Positions 25,765 to 39,682 are shown, counted from the first letter of the stretch. The stretch is DNA of 64,000 nucleotides from Octopus vulgaris (GCA_951406725.2 OX597825.1:48546001-48610000), one strand, 5' to 3'. Made by a program: numbers and translations. The notes: generated by a model from the sequence alone, not told the origin.

Positions 25765-28700
25765 GTTTCTGTCATTTGCTTGTGGCCATGCTGGAGCACG
25801 ATCTTTAGTCGAACAAATCGCCCCCAGGACTTAGTCTCTTTTACCCAACCTCTGTTACGGAGACGTAAACACACCAACATCGGTTGTCAAGCGATGATGT
25901 GGGGAAAACACACACACACACACACACATACACACACACACACAAACATACATATTTATGACGGGATTCTTTCAGTTTCTGTCTACCAAATCCACTCACA
26001 AAGCTTTGGTCAGCCCGAGGCTATAGTAGAAGACACTTGCCCAAGGTGACACGTAGTGGGACTGAACCCAGAGCCATGTGGTTGGTAAGCAAGCTACTTT
26101 ATTTCATAAAATTTGCCATGACGGCATTACAAAGAGGGGACGAACAAAGACAAACAAATATAAAAAGGTGAAGTAACTGCTAATCGATTAAAATCACAGT
26201 CCCGGATGATAAGCGAATAATGATATAATATATGCAATTTGCAAGGAAAGGCATCCAGCCACCAGGGTAGAACCTTTACTTTTCATCCTGAATGTACTTA
26301 CCTGGTGCCAATCGCACCCAACTTATTTACCACAGGTTTCCATCTTTTCACAAATATATCCTGTGACAGACACCTCTTCTCCAGCCTGATCTTACTACTG
26401 AGGTGGTAATTAAAGAAGTTTACCATCCCCTGGCCAGAGACAAAGGTACCTGTCATTATGCCTTTTACACGCGTCTTCCATACTGTTTCTTTCAGTATGG
26501 CTACTACGCAGAAAAAAACTAACCTTCCTTTCCCTGCTACGGGAAGGAGGTGGCACAATCTCGATGATAGACTCAGCCGATAGCTGTACTCTTCCCATCA
26601 CTGACATCAGTTGTTCGACAAAAGCTATCAGTCCCGATAATTCCGGACACTCCACAAATGTGTGCAAGACGGTTTCCCTATCCTACCCACATCTCGGGCA
26701 TGTCGGCGAGACGGCACTTCCGTGCCTTGATAGCTTGTCACTAATCGGAAACCCGCACGGAAGCACTGCAAAGCCAGAGATTTCTGGTAATTATCCAGAT
26801 ACCCCGGCCCGAACGTTCTGAACAGTTTGATTAACTGATTTTCATCGTAGCCCAGGGTTTCCCCTCAAGGCGTCTTCGGACATGGTCTCTACTAACCCGC
26901 TATAAAAATCCGCGGTGGAACTCCTGTTGCTGGCATTGCCCGTCCGAGAGAGTAGCTGAAGTGTCTGACGGCACTCCAGTTGCCAGTCCCCCAGCCTAGG
27001 TCTCTTCTTGATCCATGTACCAACGTCCGTTAGGGACGTTTACTGCGGGAGATAGAACCTGACGTGCGATGACCACACTTGCTCTCCATCCAGGTAAAGC
27101 CAGAGGTGCTTTAACGTCTTAACGCGAATTTTCGCATCTTCAGCCAAGGCATCCCTAAACCACCCTTTAGCGGTTTCTGGCAGCAGACAGAGCGCTTCAA
27201 AAGTGGCTTTCCTCCCTTCCACAAAATGCGGAAAAGGATTCTCTCCAACTTGTTCATCCACAAATCGGGGCAAGGCACCACGGTCAGACAGTAGGTGATA
27301 GACATCCGCCCTCCCTAGCAGGGATAACGCCCGCCCAGACCAGGTCTAGGTTAGAGCAGTCACCTTGCTGGTCACCTCATTCCAATTTTTCTCTATCTGG
27401 AGGTCTGGACCAATCCAAACTTCGAGCAGCTTAATAGGACCTTCCGTGCAACGCCCCACGACGTTATTGGACGGCATGGGCTTGCCCCTCCAAGTGCCAA
27501 GTTGCAAACCGACCGACTTGTCCTTGTTAACTTTTGCTCCTGCCACTGCCTCGTAACTTTTGATGGCTTTTCCACCACTTGAACCTGGCCCTCATCCGCC
27601 ACGATGATGGAGATGTCATCCGCGTACGCCGTAGCTCCTCTTCCACACCATAGATCAAGAGCCAGTACTTACAAAAGCGGAGATAGGGAACACCCTTGAC
27701 GCACTGATCGGTCGATCCTGTATGGCTTCAAAAAGAAACCATTCACTTTCACGACAGATTCGATGTGGCTGTACAACGCAGCAATCCAACAGCGGATGGT
27801 CGGGCTCAAGCGAGCCTTCTCGAGGCTAGCCGCCTAGTACCGATGGTCGACCTTATCAAATGCTTTAGACCGGTCTAAATGTACCAGTGCCCCACCCCTG
27901 CGCCAGAAAGTTTCCTCACCCTCTAAGGCGTAGCGTATAAGATGGAGATTATCGTGCATCAACCTACCCGGGATAGCGCATGTTTGCGCCTCCCCCACAA
28001 GTCCGTCTACCTTTTCGCTAATACCTTGGCCAAAATCTTTAACTCTGTGTTCAACAGAGTTATGGGCCTGAAATTTTCTATTTCGTCTTCCTTGCTCGGG
28101 TCCTTCCTGATTATATCCTGTGGTGCTTAATCTTTGTTGCTTTTTGTAGGGGATACGGATGGGGATGGTGCATGTGTTCTCTTTCACACAGCAGTATACC
28201 AATCCTCTGCCACCCCTATGGTGTCGTCCGAGGGAGTTACACTTTTTACTTTCGGTGCCAATCAATTTAAGGGGGCGGGTATTTTTGTTTTTGTTGGGGT
28301 TTGTGTGTGCAGGGGTTGGATTTTTGAAGTGTTTTGTTTAGGGGCTGGCAGTTGGGGGAGTGGGAATTTTTACTTGTATGGGAGCTGGTGTTTGTGAAGG
28401 CTTGGGGACAGTTTTGGGGTTTGTGTAGGGCCTGGTATCTGCGCCATTTTGTCTTTTTCAGTTTTCTCTATTTCTTTTCTTTTCCTTTCTGAACAGTCTA
28501 TACGAATGTGGCCCTTTTCTCACATTCGTAACAGGTGGGCTTCCTGCCCTCCCTCTGAATTCTAAGGGCCACATTCTCGCCCACGAGCACTCTCTCGGGA
28601 AGCCTTTGAATATCTTCCTGCAATCCCTGCACCATTGCCATAATGGTCTGCCCGAGCCAATTCTGGGAAGCAGAGCATGTAATTTAGAGGAATTTTATTT

Positions 28701-29610
28701 TTCCTCCCTGTTAAACAACAGGGAGGCCATAACCTCCCTCGGATCGATCTCCGGTGGTACTCCTGTTACCCTCACACGGGAAGTCCATCTTCCCATGTAT
28801 GTCGGCAGAAGCACTACCTCCTTTGTCTTCAAGGGGCACACGGAGTGCCCGCGGGCCACCTCTTCCGTTGCAAAACGGACCTCAATGGTTCCGTATGCCT
28901 GTTCCCTTGCAATATGCTCCACGTCTTTCCATATTGAGGACAGGCACTTCTCAATCTTTTCTTTTTCGAAGTGCCTAAATATTTTGTTCTGTGAACAGAA
29001 AGATTTAAACACTATATAGTCTTTCTTTCAGTTGCTTTAACATTAGAGGAAGGTGACATTTTAACATCACCGTCCTCCTCCTTCATTCTTCCAAAAAATT
29101 CACTTAGTTTCTAGACAGGGATATCAATAGTTTCTGTTGCCACCGCGACAACCGCCAAAAACTTTTTGACTGTTTCAATTTTTTCTGTATTACTCTCTAC
29201 GAGAGCACACTTCTCGTGAACGATTTCGACCGACATTATTTGGTCGAAATTACAAAACAACACATTACAAAAATTAAATAAAATGGTTTTCCAAAAAATG
29301 GGAAACCTATAATTTTTTTTCTACTCACAACAGTTCAAACCTCACCCCCGTTAGGGGTAGGGACACAAAGATTAGTCTACAAAGACTAAACACAGTTCAA
29401 CAATTTAAAAAAAGTCCGTAAAAAATATTGCCACAATGGCCAAACAAATATCAATTAATTTCTATTCCCCGGTAAAACCGGAAAATAGTAAAACAGAGTC
29501 CATCAATAATGGTAAGAATCCAACAAAACAGTAGTAAAATCCTACCAGTACGATAAACCAGGAACTACGTCGGGAAGAAAGCTACTTACCACACAGCCAC
29601 TCCTGCGCCT
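25765..29610 (-). mobile_element. CORE-type SINE split in two (25765-26099 and 29579-29610) by the Tx1 insertion
   Basis: ...GTAAGCAAGCTACTT resumes as AAGCTACTTACCACACAGCCACTCCTGCGCC. Confidence 0.88.
26100..29578 (-). mobile_element. L1/Tx1-clade non-LTR retrotransposon, both ends present, internally deleted and pseudogenised
   Basis: ORF1 remnant at 28490-29100 with a CCHC knuckle (CYEC..KGHIRIDC). RT motifs KAFDKVDH, SVRQGCSLSPLL and AYADDISI; C-terminal C..C...ETV.HTFVEC; 9-bp TSD AAGCTACTT. Confidence 0.88.
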
Positions 29611-29647
29611 ACGTATGCATACACACACACACAAACATACACACACA

Positions 29648-29724
<77 letters not shown>

Positions 29725-30348
29725 AATGCCTAATCTGGTATATTATGGCATTAAATTTATTAAGTAAATAAGAGATATATTTATAATATATAAATTAATA
29801 TATATTTTATATTTTATAACTTAGCGTACTTGGAATCATAACAAACTTACGGTAAATCTAACAACCGTATGTTTACTATGCAACAAACCGGTGTTATAAA
29901 TTTTAAGTTACCCAATGAATAGTATCTGACTTCGTAACATACTGATATTTAAAAATATATTTCTATCTTTAAATTAAATATTTTATGAAATGCATGAGTG
30001 GATCATTTTTGTTATTTGAGGCATAGTTATAATTTTGAAGGACTAAATGGCAGCATAGTTGCTTCCCTTTTTGTTTATCTATGTGCTAGTTGTTGCTTGT
30101 GGTTATGTATGTGTATAAGTGTATGTGTATACATATAATTATGTGTGTATGTGCGATTGATCTGTGGATGCGCGTGTGAATATTGGCGTTCCTTGACTAA
30201 CCAACCGTATAATTTCTTTTGTGATTTAAATTTCAAACCACTAGCCAATCGAATTAATCTAAATTATCATTACCTAGTGGTCAGTATTTCTAAACTCATA
30301 GTTATTTCGATCTTGAAAGGATGGACTTGGTGCAAACATAACTGTATC

Positions 30349-30418
<70 letters not shown>

Positions 30419-30738
30419 AGTAATTTTTATTGACATTTATAGCTTTATAATTTTGTGAACTGAACCATGATTTTATTATTTTTCATCTCCCTATGTGTTA
30501 GTTTTTTTAAAAACTATTAGCCAAATATGTATAATAACGGTGCTTATTAATATTAATATATACACTGATATATATTTTGTTTTATTTTGTTCTGTTTACC
30601 TTGCATTATTGTACCAATGAGTATTATATTATATAAGTGTAGCATTATGAAGTTTATGTATAAGTTTTTATATTTTACATTTTTATATTTTTATATTTAT
30701 ATGTATATGGTTAAATAATCTTTTTCACTATTATAACA

Positions 30739-30864
30739 AATTTAATTCTCTGAAGAGGCCGTGGGGCATCCTTGTTAATGCCTCATTTATACCTGCCTTT
30801 ATGGCTTATAGGTTAAATGAGGTATGACTGCCCTCACTGCCGAAACAGCTGTCAGATTTGATTT
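30739..30864 (+). ncRNA. type I hammerhead ribozyme motif with a long stem II
   Basis: TCT-CTGAAGA(30750)-GGC...GCC-GAA-ACAGCTGT-C-AGA; GUC triplet at 30851-30853; stem II GGCCGTGGGGCA/TGCCCTCACTGCC. Confidence 0.82.
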
Positions 30865-31037
30865 AATTACATATTATATTTGAAATTTTATACTTATATC
30901 TCTTTGTCTATTTACTTTTACTGTATATTTTGTATAATGCCTTTACTGATATGTAATGGTGTAATAAAGTATTGATTGGGTATCATCTGATACTTGATGT
31001 TTTATTGATTTAAGTATGTTTCTCCATTTTCTAATTT

Positions 31038-31083
<46 letters not shown>

Positions 31084-31479
31084 GAAGGGTGAAGATTTTG
31101 GTATCACATCTATTCGCTTTTTCAGTTACGCATGCGTGACAAATATATGCCCGAAAACAAGTTAAAGAGCGACGACACTGACATATCGGTGATACTATAT
31201 TGATTATATAACGAGAAACTCATAGTCCTCTAGTTATGATGTTTGTAAACTAATATATAGCCGCGTACACACTGGATGAATTAATCTAGACAAGAGATGT
31301 TAATAAATAATGATTTGTTAGGAGATGTTTAATAAATATTAGGAATGAGGTATTACTGCTAAAAGTGCAAAAATGGCAGACAATAAATTCAGATATTCGT
31401 CTAGTCTAGAGAAGGTCAAACTTTAAATCTGAGTACTAGGGCAAGGAATATAAATTAAGTAGGCTATGATTGTTTTTAA

Positions 31480-31854
31480 AGTTAATCCAAACAAGAAAAC
31501 ACACAAAAAAACACAGCAACGCGAGGACGTGAAACAAATAAAGTATTATTGGACGCTCAGGAAAGAAGGGAAGAAGGAGGGTTTAACGTTTCGAGCGGAG
31601 CTCTTCGTCGGAAACATAGGAGAAGGAAAGATCCCGAGAAGGGAAGACAGAGGAAAAAAATTGGCAGCGGTACTCACGAGGTCACATATTGAAAGAACGG
31701 AAGTAGAAAGGTGGAAGAATAATGTTTTTTAAAGACAGGAGAGTTTTCAAAGACAGTATGGTAAAGACAAGGAAAGTGAGAGGGGGAATGTGTGTGGATG
31801 TGTGCGTGCGCGGAGGTCTGCGTGTGCGCGCGTGTGTGGATGTGTGCAATGATG

Positions 31855-31892
<38 letters not shown>

Positions 31893-34512
31893 GTGTGTGT
31901 ATGTGTGTGTATGTGTGTATGGCGAGTAGCTGGCGAGTATGTAAGAATAAGGAGTAGTGTTTTTTGTGTCCAACCACAGGTCAAAAACAAAGAGGTATGT
32001 GTGTGTGTTTTGTTTGTAGTGTGTGTGTGTGTATGTGTGTGTTCGTGTGTGTATGCGTAGAGTTTGGGTGTGTGGAGAGTAACTGTGCTTCACTTAGTGT
32101 ATGTTGCGTGTGTGCTTGCACGTGCGTGTGTGTGTATATATATATGTATAATTGTGTGCGTGTATGTATAATTGTGTGCCGTGTGTATGGGATGTATGTG
32201 TGGGTTCATTTGTGTGTGTGTGTATGTGCGTGTAGTTCTGTGTGCGTGTATGTGTGCGTTTGTATGTGTGTATGTGTGTAAGCGTATATGGATGTATATG
32301 CGTGTATCCATGGGGTTGTGAGATTTGCGTGTGTGCGTGCGTATGTGTGCGCATGTTTTTTTGTGCACGTATGTGTGTGTGTGTGTGTATGTGCTTATAT
32401 GTGTGTATGTATATGTGTCGGTGTGTATGTGAATTTGTGTGTGTTTGTACGTGTGTATGTGTGTGTGCGTGTATTGTATATATATGTAAATGTGTGTGTG
32501 TGTGTGCGTGTGTGTGTACGTGCGTGCGAGTGAATGTATGTATATATGTGCGAGTGTGTACAAATGTAGAGGTTTATATGTGTGTATATGTATGTATGCA
32601 AGCACACACTTTATAATTGAAAGATTGATGGAAAAAAAATTGGTGTGGGTGTATGTGAATCCACAGGCACACACATACACACACTGACGCACGCCTGCAA
32701 TACAGCCAACCCCATATGCATGTATGTATGTATGTATGTATGCATGTATGTGTGTGTATGTGTGTGTGTATGTGTGTGTGTGTGTTTGTATGTATGTGTG
32801 TGTGTGTTTGTATGTATGTGTGTATGTATGTATGTATGTATGTATGTATGTATGTGTGTAAGTGTGTATGTGTGTGTATGTATGTATGTATGTATGTGTG
32901 TGTGTGTATGTATGTGTATGTATGTATGTGTGCATGCGTGTATGTGTGTATGTGTGTATGTGTGTGTGTATGTATGTATGTATGTATGTATGTGTGTGTG
33001 TATGTGTGTATGTATGTATGTACTATGAAGGTATGTATGTGTGTGTACATATGTATGTGTGTGTGTGTGTGAACGTATGTGTATGTGTAGTTTTTTCTGG
33101 AGTTGTGTGGGCGTAATGTACATGCGCGTGCTTGTGTGCGCGTGTGCGCTTACGTGCGCGTGTGTGTGTGTGTGTGTCTCTGCTAGGTGTTTATAAGAGT
33201 GTGCGTATCTGTATGAGTCTTGTTTGTTGGTGTGTGCACGGGCATGTGTGTGTGCGCGTGGGTGTGTGTATAGGTGTGGAAGTATGTGTGCGTACATGTG
33301 CATGTAGGTTGTATGTGTGTGGTGTGTTGGAAGTAGGTGTGTTCGTGGATACGTGAGTATGTGTGTGTGTGTGTTTCTGTATAAGGATAAAATATTAAAA
33401 AAAAGGTGCTAGTGGGGAGAGGTGGAGCGCAGTCACTAAGAGGAGGGGGCTGTGTTGAGTCCGTGTGGGGTATTGGTCTGTAGAGTGAAAATGAAACGTT
33501 GCTCCAAGTGAAGCCTGGATTGTGGAGGACCGTTATCTTGGGCGAGACCAAACACAGAGATATCATCGGGGGAATGGCTGGCCGAGCGGAAGTGACGTGC
33601 GACGGGAGAGTTGGACCGTAGACGAATATCCCTTAGATGTTCGGCGAATCGGTCTGACAACGGGCGTCCTATATACAGCATTCCGCAGAGGTTGCATTTA
33701 ATGCAGTACATGAGACCAGACGAAGTACACGTAAAAGAATGTCTGATACGTACAGTTCGCTGGCTGGAACCGGTGACAGCAGTGGTGTTGGTGATGAAGG
33801 GGCAGGTGTTGCAGCGGGATCTGGAGCACGGGAAGGATCCGTGTGGGGCTCAGGGGGAAGAAGAGAGGGTGCTACGGACCAGGAGGTCGCGTAGGTTCCG
33901 GGCTCGTTTGAAGGAGGACAAGGGTGGGTTGGGGAAAATGGGGCGGGTCGTGGGATCGAGCTGGAGACGACGGAAGGCACGTAGTATCTTCCGACGAAGG
34001 GATAGAGTAGAGGGGTGGAAAAGGAGGGGAAAGGGGGTGCAGTTGGGGGGGGGTGAGAGGAAGGAGAAAGGGCGGTGGTGCGGTCGATGCGACGAGCGCG
34101 GGCGAGGGAGTTCAAGACCAGGGTAGGTGGGTATCATCGATGCCTGAACAGGCGGGCCAGGTATTGAGACTGGGTCTCGAAATCCTGGTCACGGCTGCAC
34201 AAGCGTCGGAGGCGGAGGAACTGGGAGTAGGGGATGGGAGGAGAAGTTGAGATAGAGGTGGGAATCCGATGGGTTTGAAGAGGGCGGAGGTGGTGAGAGA
34301 GTGGGAGGGGTGGTCGATGCTGAGAGAGATATCAAGGAAGTTAACAGAAGTACTGGAGATGGTGGAAGTGAATTGTAGAGAGGGGTGGAAATTAGAGAGG
34401 AAAGAGATGAAGTGGCAGAGTTGTTCGCGGGAAATGGAGGTGGTGCCTATGCAGTCGTCTATGTAGCGACCGTATAGTTCTGGGGTCGGCCCGGAGAATT
34501 GGGAGAATATGA
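31480..34512 (-). mobile_element. Penelope-like element: RT C-terminal part (YIDD), GIY-YIG, CA-rich 3' tract, terminal minimal hammerhead variant at 31581-31615
   Basis: YGRYIDDCIG, VNFLDISL, PTYPGLELPR and YCIKCNLCGMLYIG..RPLSDRFAEHLRDIR motifs. Confidence 0.85.
31790..33375. repeat. degenerate (TG)n/(TATG)n low-complexity tract
   Basis: Read directly from the sequence. Confidence 0.95.
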
Positions 34513-34769
34513 TTGTTTTTAGTTACTTAAAAAGATTTCAACTGTCAGGGGTAGAATGGAGAGTGGCGTTATAAGCTCAGTAGGATGTAGAGAAAGTGAT
34601 AAAAGCGGAAGACAACATAAAGACGCAGCTGGTGTAGAGGAATTAAATGAAAGAGTAATTACTATGTTGTTGTAGTTTATTCAGTTAGAGGGAGACGCGG
34701 GGAAAGCATCAATGAAAAGTGATTCAGGTTAGAATTAAAAAAGAAAGCAACTGAAGAATCTTATATGGG

Positions 34770-34797
<28 letters not shown>

Positions 34798-34800
<3 letters not shown>

Positions 34801-35317
34801 CACCAGCTCAAAGTTCACCCGTCCTGTCGAAAAGACGCCTGTCTGTGACGTCCTGTTTTTGTTATTATTATTATCATTATTGTTTTTACGTTTTTTCGTA
34901 TTCTTATTCGTGTTATCATTATTGTTTTTACGTATTTTTGTATTCTTATTCGTTTTGTATACATTCTAGGCTTTCTTCCAAGGAATCTAATGCGCTTGGC
35001 TTTGGGGCTGGCCAGGTCGGGGCAATCTCAAAATTAATCAGCCGAAATTGCGAGGATGATCCGGTTCTTGACTGAAGATTGAAGGCTTCGAATGTCCCGT
35101 CCGTGTTTTTTGTATCGTCTTCTAAATGTTTTGCGTTCTTGTCCCAGTTTGTATTTTTTACATATACATATATATATATAGCGTCGCCCGTACCCTTTTT
35201 GGTCTTGTATGTAAGTACATAATTTCTTTAAACTTGGTACGACTCTATAACACGGTCTCTCTCTCCCCCTCTCCAACATTTCTCTGCCTTTCACACTTTG
35301 CACTCCACTTTGATCTG

Positions 35318-35363
<46 letters not shown>

Positions 35364-35930
35364 TCTTCCTTTGTTCCTTGTTCCCCTTTTTTCTCTCTTC
35401 ATCTGTCCCTCTATTCCTCTCTCTTCTCCTCACACGTGACTAACTTTGGACTGCTGTCCTTTTCGTGGTCAGCAGCCGTCGAGGCTAGACACATTTTTTT
35501 CTCTCTTTGCCCCAAGGCATTTTTCTAATGCGCCAGCTCAAAGTTCACCCGTCCTGTCGAAAAGAGGCCTGTCTGTGGCGTCCTGTTTTTGTTATTATTA
35601 TTATCATTATTGTTTTTACGTATTTTCGTATTCTTATTCGTGTTATCATTATTGTTTTTACGTATTTTTGTATTCTTATTCGTTCCCGTCCTTGTTTTGT
35701 ATACATTCGAGGCTTTCTTCCAAGGAATCTAACGCGCTTGGCTTAGATTTCCCTTTGGGGCTGGCCTGGTCGGAGCAATCTCAAGTTTAATCAGCCGAAA
35801 TTGCGAGGATGATCCGGTTCTTGACTGAAGATTGAAGGCTTCGAATGTCCCGTCCGTGTTTTTTGTATCGTCTTCTAAATGTTTTGCGTTCTTGTCCCAG
35901 TTTGTATTTTTTTACATATACATATATATA
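34798..35930. mobile_element. LTR-like repeat: full unit at about 35200-35915 plus a tandem partial copy at 34798-35163
   Basis: Same family as 52325-53418. The minus strand starts TGTAAAAAA and ends CGCTATA within (TA)n. Confidence 0.55.
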
Positions 35931-35944
35931 TATATCTTTTCTCT

Positions 35945-36344
35945 TTTCTCTTTTACTTGTTTCAGTCATTTGACTGCGGCCATACTGGAGCACCGCTTTT
36001 AATCGAGCAACTCGACCCCGGGACTTATTCTTTTGTAAGCCCAGTACTTATTCTATCGGTCTCTTTTGCCGAACCGCTAAGTAACGGGGACATAAACACA
36101 CCAGCATCGGTTGTCAAGCAATGCTAGGGGGACAAACACAGACACACAAACACACACACGCATATATATATATACATATATACGACGGGCTTCTTTCAGT
36201 TTCCGTCTACCAAATCCACTCACAAGGCATTGGTCGGCCTGAGGCTATAGTAGAAGACACTTGCCCAAGGTGCCACGCAGTGGGACTGAACCCGGAACCA
36301 TGTGGTTGGTAAACAAGCTACTTACCACACAGCCACTCCTGCGC
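35945..36344 (-). mobile_element. CORE-type SINE, full length
   Basis: Near-identical to the copies at 56238-59075. Confidence 0.9.
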
Positions 36345-36680
36345 ATATATATATATATATATATATATGGTGGATTTGGAACCTCACAGCCACTCCTGCA
36401 CACACACACACATATATATATATGTATATATATATGTGTGTGTGTATATATATATGTGTGTGTGTGGACACCCCGACACCCAGATATATACATACGTACA
36501 CATAAATATACACACACATATATATAGCAAGAATAATTATAATTTCATTACCAAGATAGACTACAGCTAATGTTTTGATCTTACATGACCGCCAGTGTTG
36601 GAATTCGTAAACGTTTTCTCACCTATTATAAGATAAAACACGAATTCTCCAGCAATGCATAAATTTCATATACACTCAGT

Positions 36681-36795
<115 letters not shown>

Positions 36796-36838
36796 GTGTG
36801 TGTGTGTCTGTCCGTCTGTCTCTATGTATGTATGTATG

Positions 36839-36869
<31 letters not shown>

Positions 36870-37579
36870 GTCCATCTGTACCATTGTCTACGCAATACAG
36901 CTGTATCATGTCCAAACTGAAATTGGAGCCAATATGTAAGACGTAAAATTCATTCTTGGATAACATTTCTGTACAAATATTGGTCAATTTCATTGGAAAT
37001 CTATTAAACATTTTGCCCTGAACACTTAGTGTAGAGGAATGTGAATCTAAAGAATGTTTAGACAAGAATGATTGGGATTGGTGTAGCTGGTGCTAGTTTT
37101 TTTTTATTTTCTCCTCTTGGAATTGTTTTGTTGATGTAATATTATTGATTCCTCATTTGCTGTCGTTTTGGATGAAAACAGTGAAAAAGATGGAGAAGTT
37201 CCAAATCCAGCTGGTTTTGATATGTTGTGAGAAGAAAGTGCTGAAATTGCCGAAGTAAAACATCTTACATTATTTAGTTGCAGTCCTTTATGTTCTGAGG
37301 TCAATTCTCACCGACATCTTTGCCTTTGTTTTCTTCTGGGGTCGATATAGTAAAATTCCACTGAAGTAGTAGAAGCAAGGAGGGCAATATAATAGAGTTT
37401 CTATCAAATACTGGTGGCGATATAATAAAGTAGGTCAACTATTGATGATGATGATATAATCAACAGTTATCTTCCCTTCCACCGCACAAAACCCTGGCTG
37501 TGTGGCTACATAATAAATCCTTATTATTAGAGTTAATTTGAAGGCAGTATGGGGGCAAAGTCTTTTGCATGCAGGACAA

Positions 37580-38285
37580 AACGCTCAGCGGTATTACGTT
37601 TTATGTTCAAATTCCGCCGAGGTCGACTTTCATCCTTTCGGGGTCGACAAAATAAGTAGTAACAGTTGAGTACTGGTATCGATCTAATCGACTCGCTTCC
37701 CTGCCCCACCTTTCAGACCTTGAACCTACAGAAGAAAGGATTATTAGAGTTGACTTGTTACGAGTGAATGAAACTATTCAGAATCCCGATCCGTGCGAAA
37801 TAATAACCAAATTAGCACTATTCTCGTTAATGCAATGCGGAGAAATATCTTATTATTTAAATAGTACATATTTGGTTGGGCGACGAAAACATTAGCTTAC
37901 TCAATAATGATATTAAATCTAATGTTGCCATGAAGGCACAACATCTGCAAATATTTTTCAGTGCTCTTTCATCTCTTCAGTGAAGTACAGCGACTTCTCC
38001 GTATTAAAGAGTGTAGTGGAGAGGGAACTACTGTATTGCTCTATAATAATGTGCAGTTTGATTATAATTTCTTCTGTGAAAAGCGGCGACATGGCAAAAA
38101 AGTGCTTGGTTCTATTTCTTCCAGTTCTTTTCGTTCTGAGTTTAAATTCAGAAGCGAGATCAAATTTACCTTTTATTTTCACCAAGTTGATGAAATAAAG
38201 TATCAATCAAGTACCGGGGTCGATGTAATCGACTAGTTATTCTCCTGAAATTGTTGTGTCAAAAACTGAAACAATTACAATTTGT
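37580..38285 (+). mobile_element. decayed copies of the second tRNA-derived SINE family
   Basis: GTTCAAATTCCGCCGAGGTCGACTTT..CATCCTTTCGGGGTCGA core at about 37604, and a more diverged copy at about 38130-38235. Confidence 0.7.
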
Positions 38286-38405
38286 TTTTCTTCTCTGTAA
38301 ATAAAAGAACGTGTTAGTGATAATTGTTATCACATTTTGGTTTCCTACGGAAATTTTGCCTCTCTTCTCTTTGGATAGATCAGCACGGGAACCTCATCCA
38401 TAACA

Positions 38406-38530
<125 letters not shown>

Positions 38531-39602
38531 CTCACACACACACAGATTCATATATATTTCATAGTTCATGGTTGTGATGTTAAAGTGATGGTCATTTATT
38601 GTGTCAAATATCTTCAAAATATTCTGAGAGTTGTAGTGGGAAAAATATGTTCTGTTAATTGTACAGTATGTTATCATATAAATCTTAGAATAAAGTTTTT
38701 CTCAGACAATGAGACAAGACTGAGAAATGGAATATTTACTCCTTAAGTTAAACAGGTTTCGAGAGATTGTTAATCCACTGAGGCACAACTACTTACATTT
38801 AGAGATTGCTGAGACAAACTATTCTATGAAAATATGATAAATTTAGAATTAAAGATATTTGTAGGTGTGAAAATGACAATTTGTTTCTGGTGAAAACTAA
38901 TAATATAAACCAAGAAATTAATGAAAATAGCAGACAAGTTCTTATTTAAGTAGCTGAATTTAAAAATAAATAAAATCAACTTGGAAGCTGTATAAAGCCA
39001 ATTCCCTTACAAGTTTATCCTTGTCTCGAGAACTCTTTGAAAGAAAACTAAATATTAGATGGAAGAATATGTATAAAGAAAATCGTAGTTTTAAACAGAA
39101 TATAACCACACACAAAAAGGTTTATAATAGTATAGCTTTTAGTTCTAAACATGAGACGATGACTGTTTCTTCTTCTCTAAGAAGGAACTTTGTTGTCAGT
39201 CTTGTTTTTCACGGTGAATTCAAATCGAAACATTGATTTCTTTAGAAAATAATAGAAGCTAGATATGGTTTTGTTTAAAATCATAGCGAAGATGATTTTG
39301 ACACGTTAAATCGGATGTTCAGAAATGATAGATGTAAATGAATGACACATCGCTTGACACTGGAGATATTTCATGATATTTTTGATTTTAGTTCTGCATA
39401 TTTTATATATTATTTTGAAATAACTCAACAAAATAAGACCACAGCACTCTCTACGCATAAGGAAACGATATCTAATATAACTAAGTATTTTCGTAGACTG
39501 CAGCAAGTTGGGTGGATAAAATAAGTACCAGGCAAATATTGGAGTCAATGAAATCGACTACCCCGCCCCCAAATTTCAGCCCTTGTTCTTATAGTAGAAA
39601 GG

Positions 39603-39682
<80 letters not shown>

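Noticed and set aside
31674-33356. Many His/Thr- and Val/Cys-rich ORFs (likewise the poly-I/Y/N ORFs throughout the window)
   Set aside because: Translations of microsatellites.
35070-35100. CTGAAGA...GAAGGCTTCGAATGTC in the LTR-like repeat (four copies)
   Set aside because: Lacks GAAA and stem I pairing; not called as a hammerhead.
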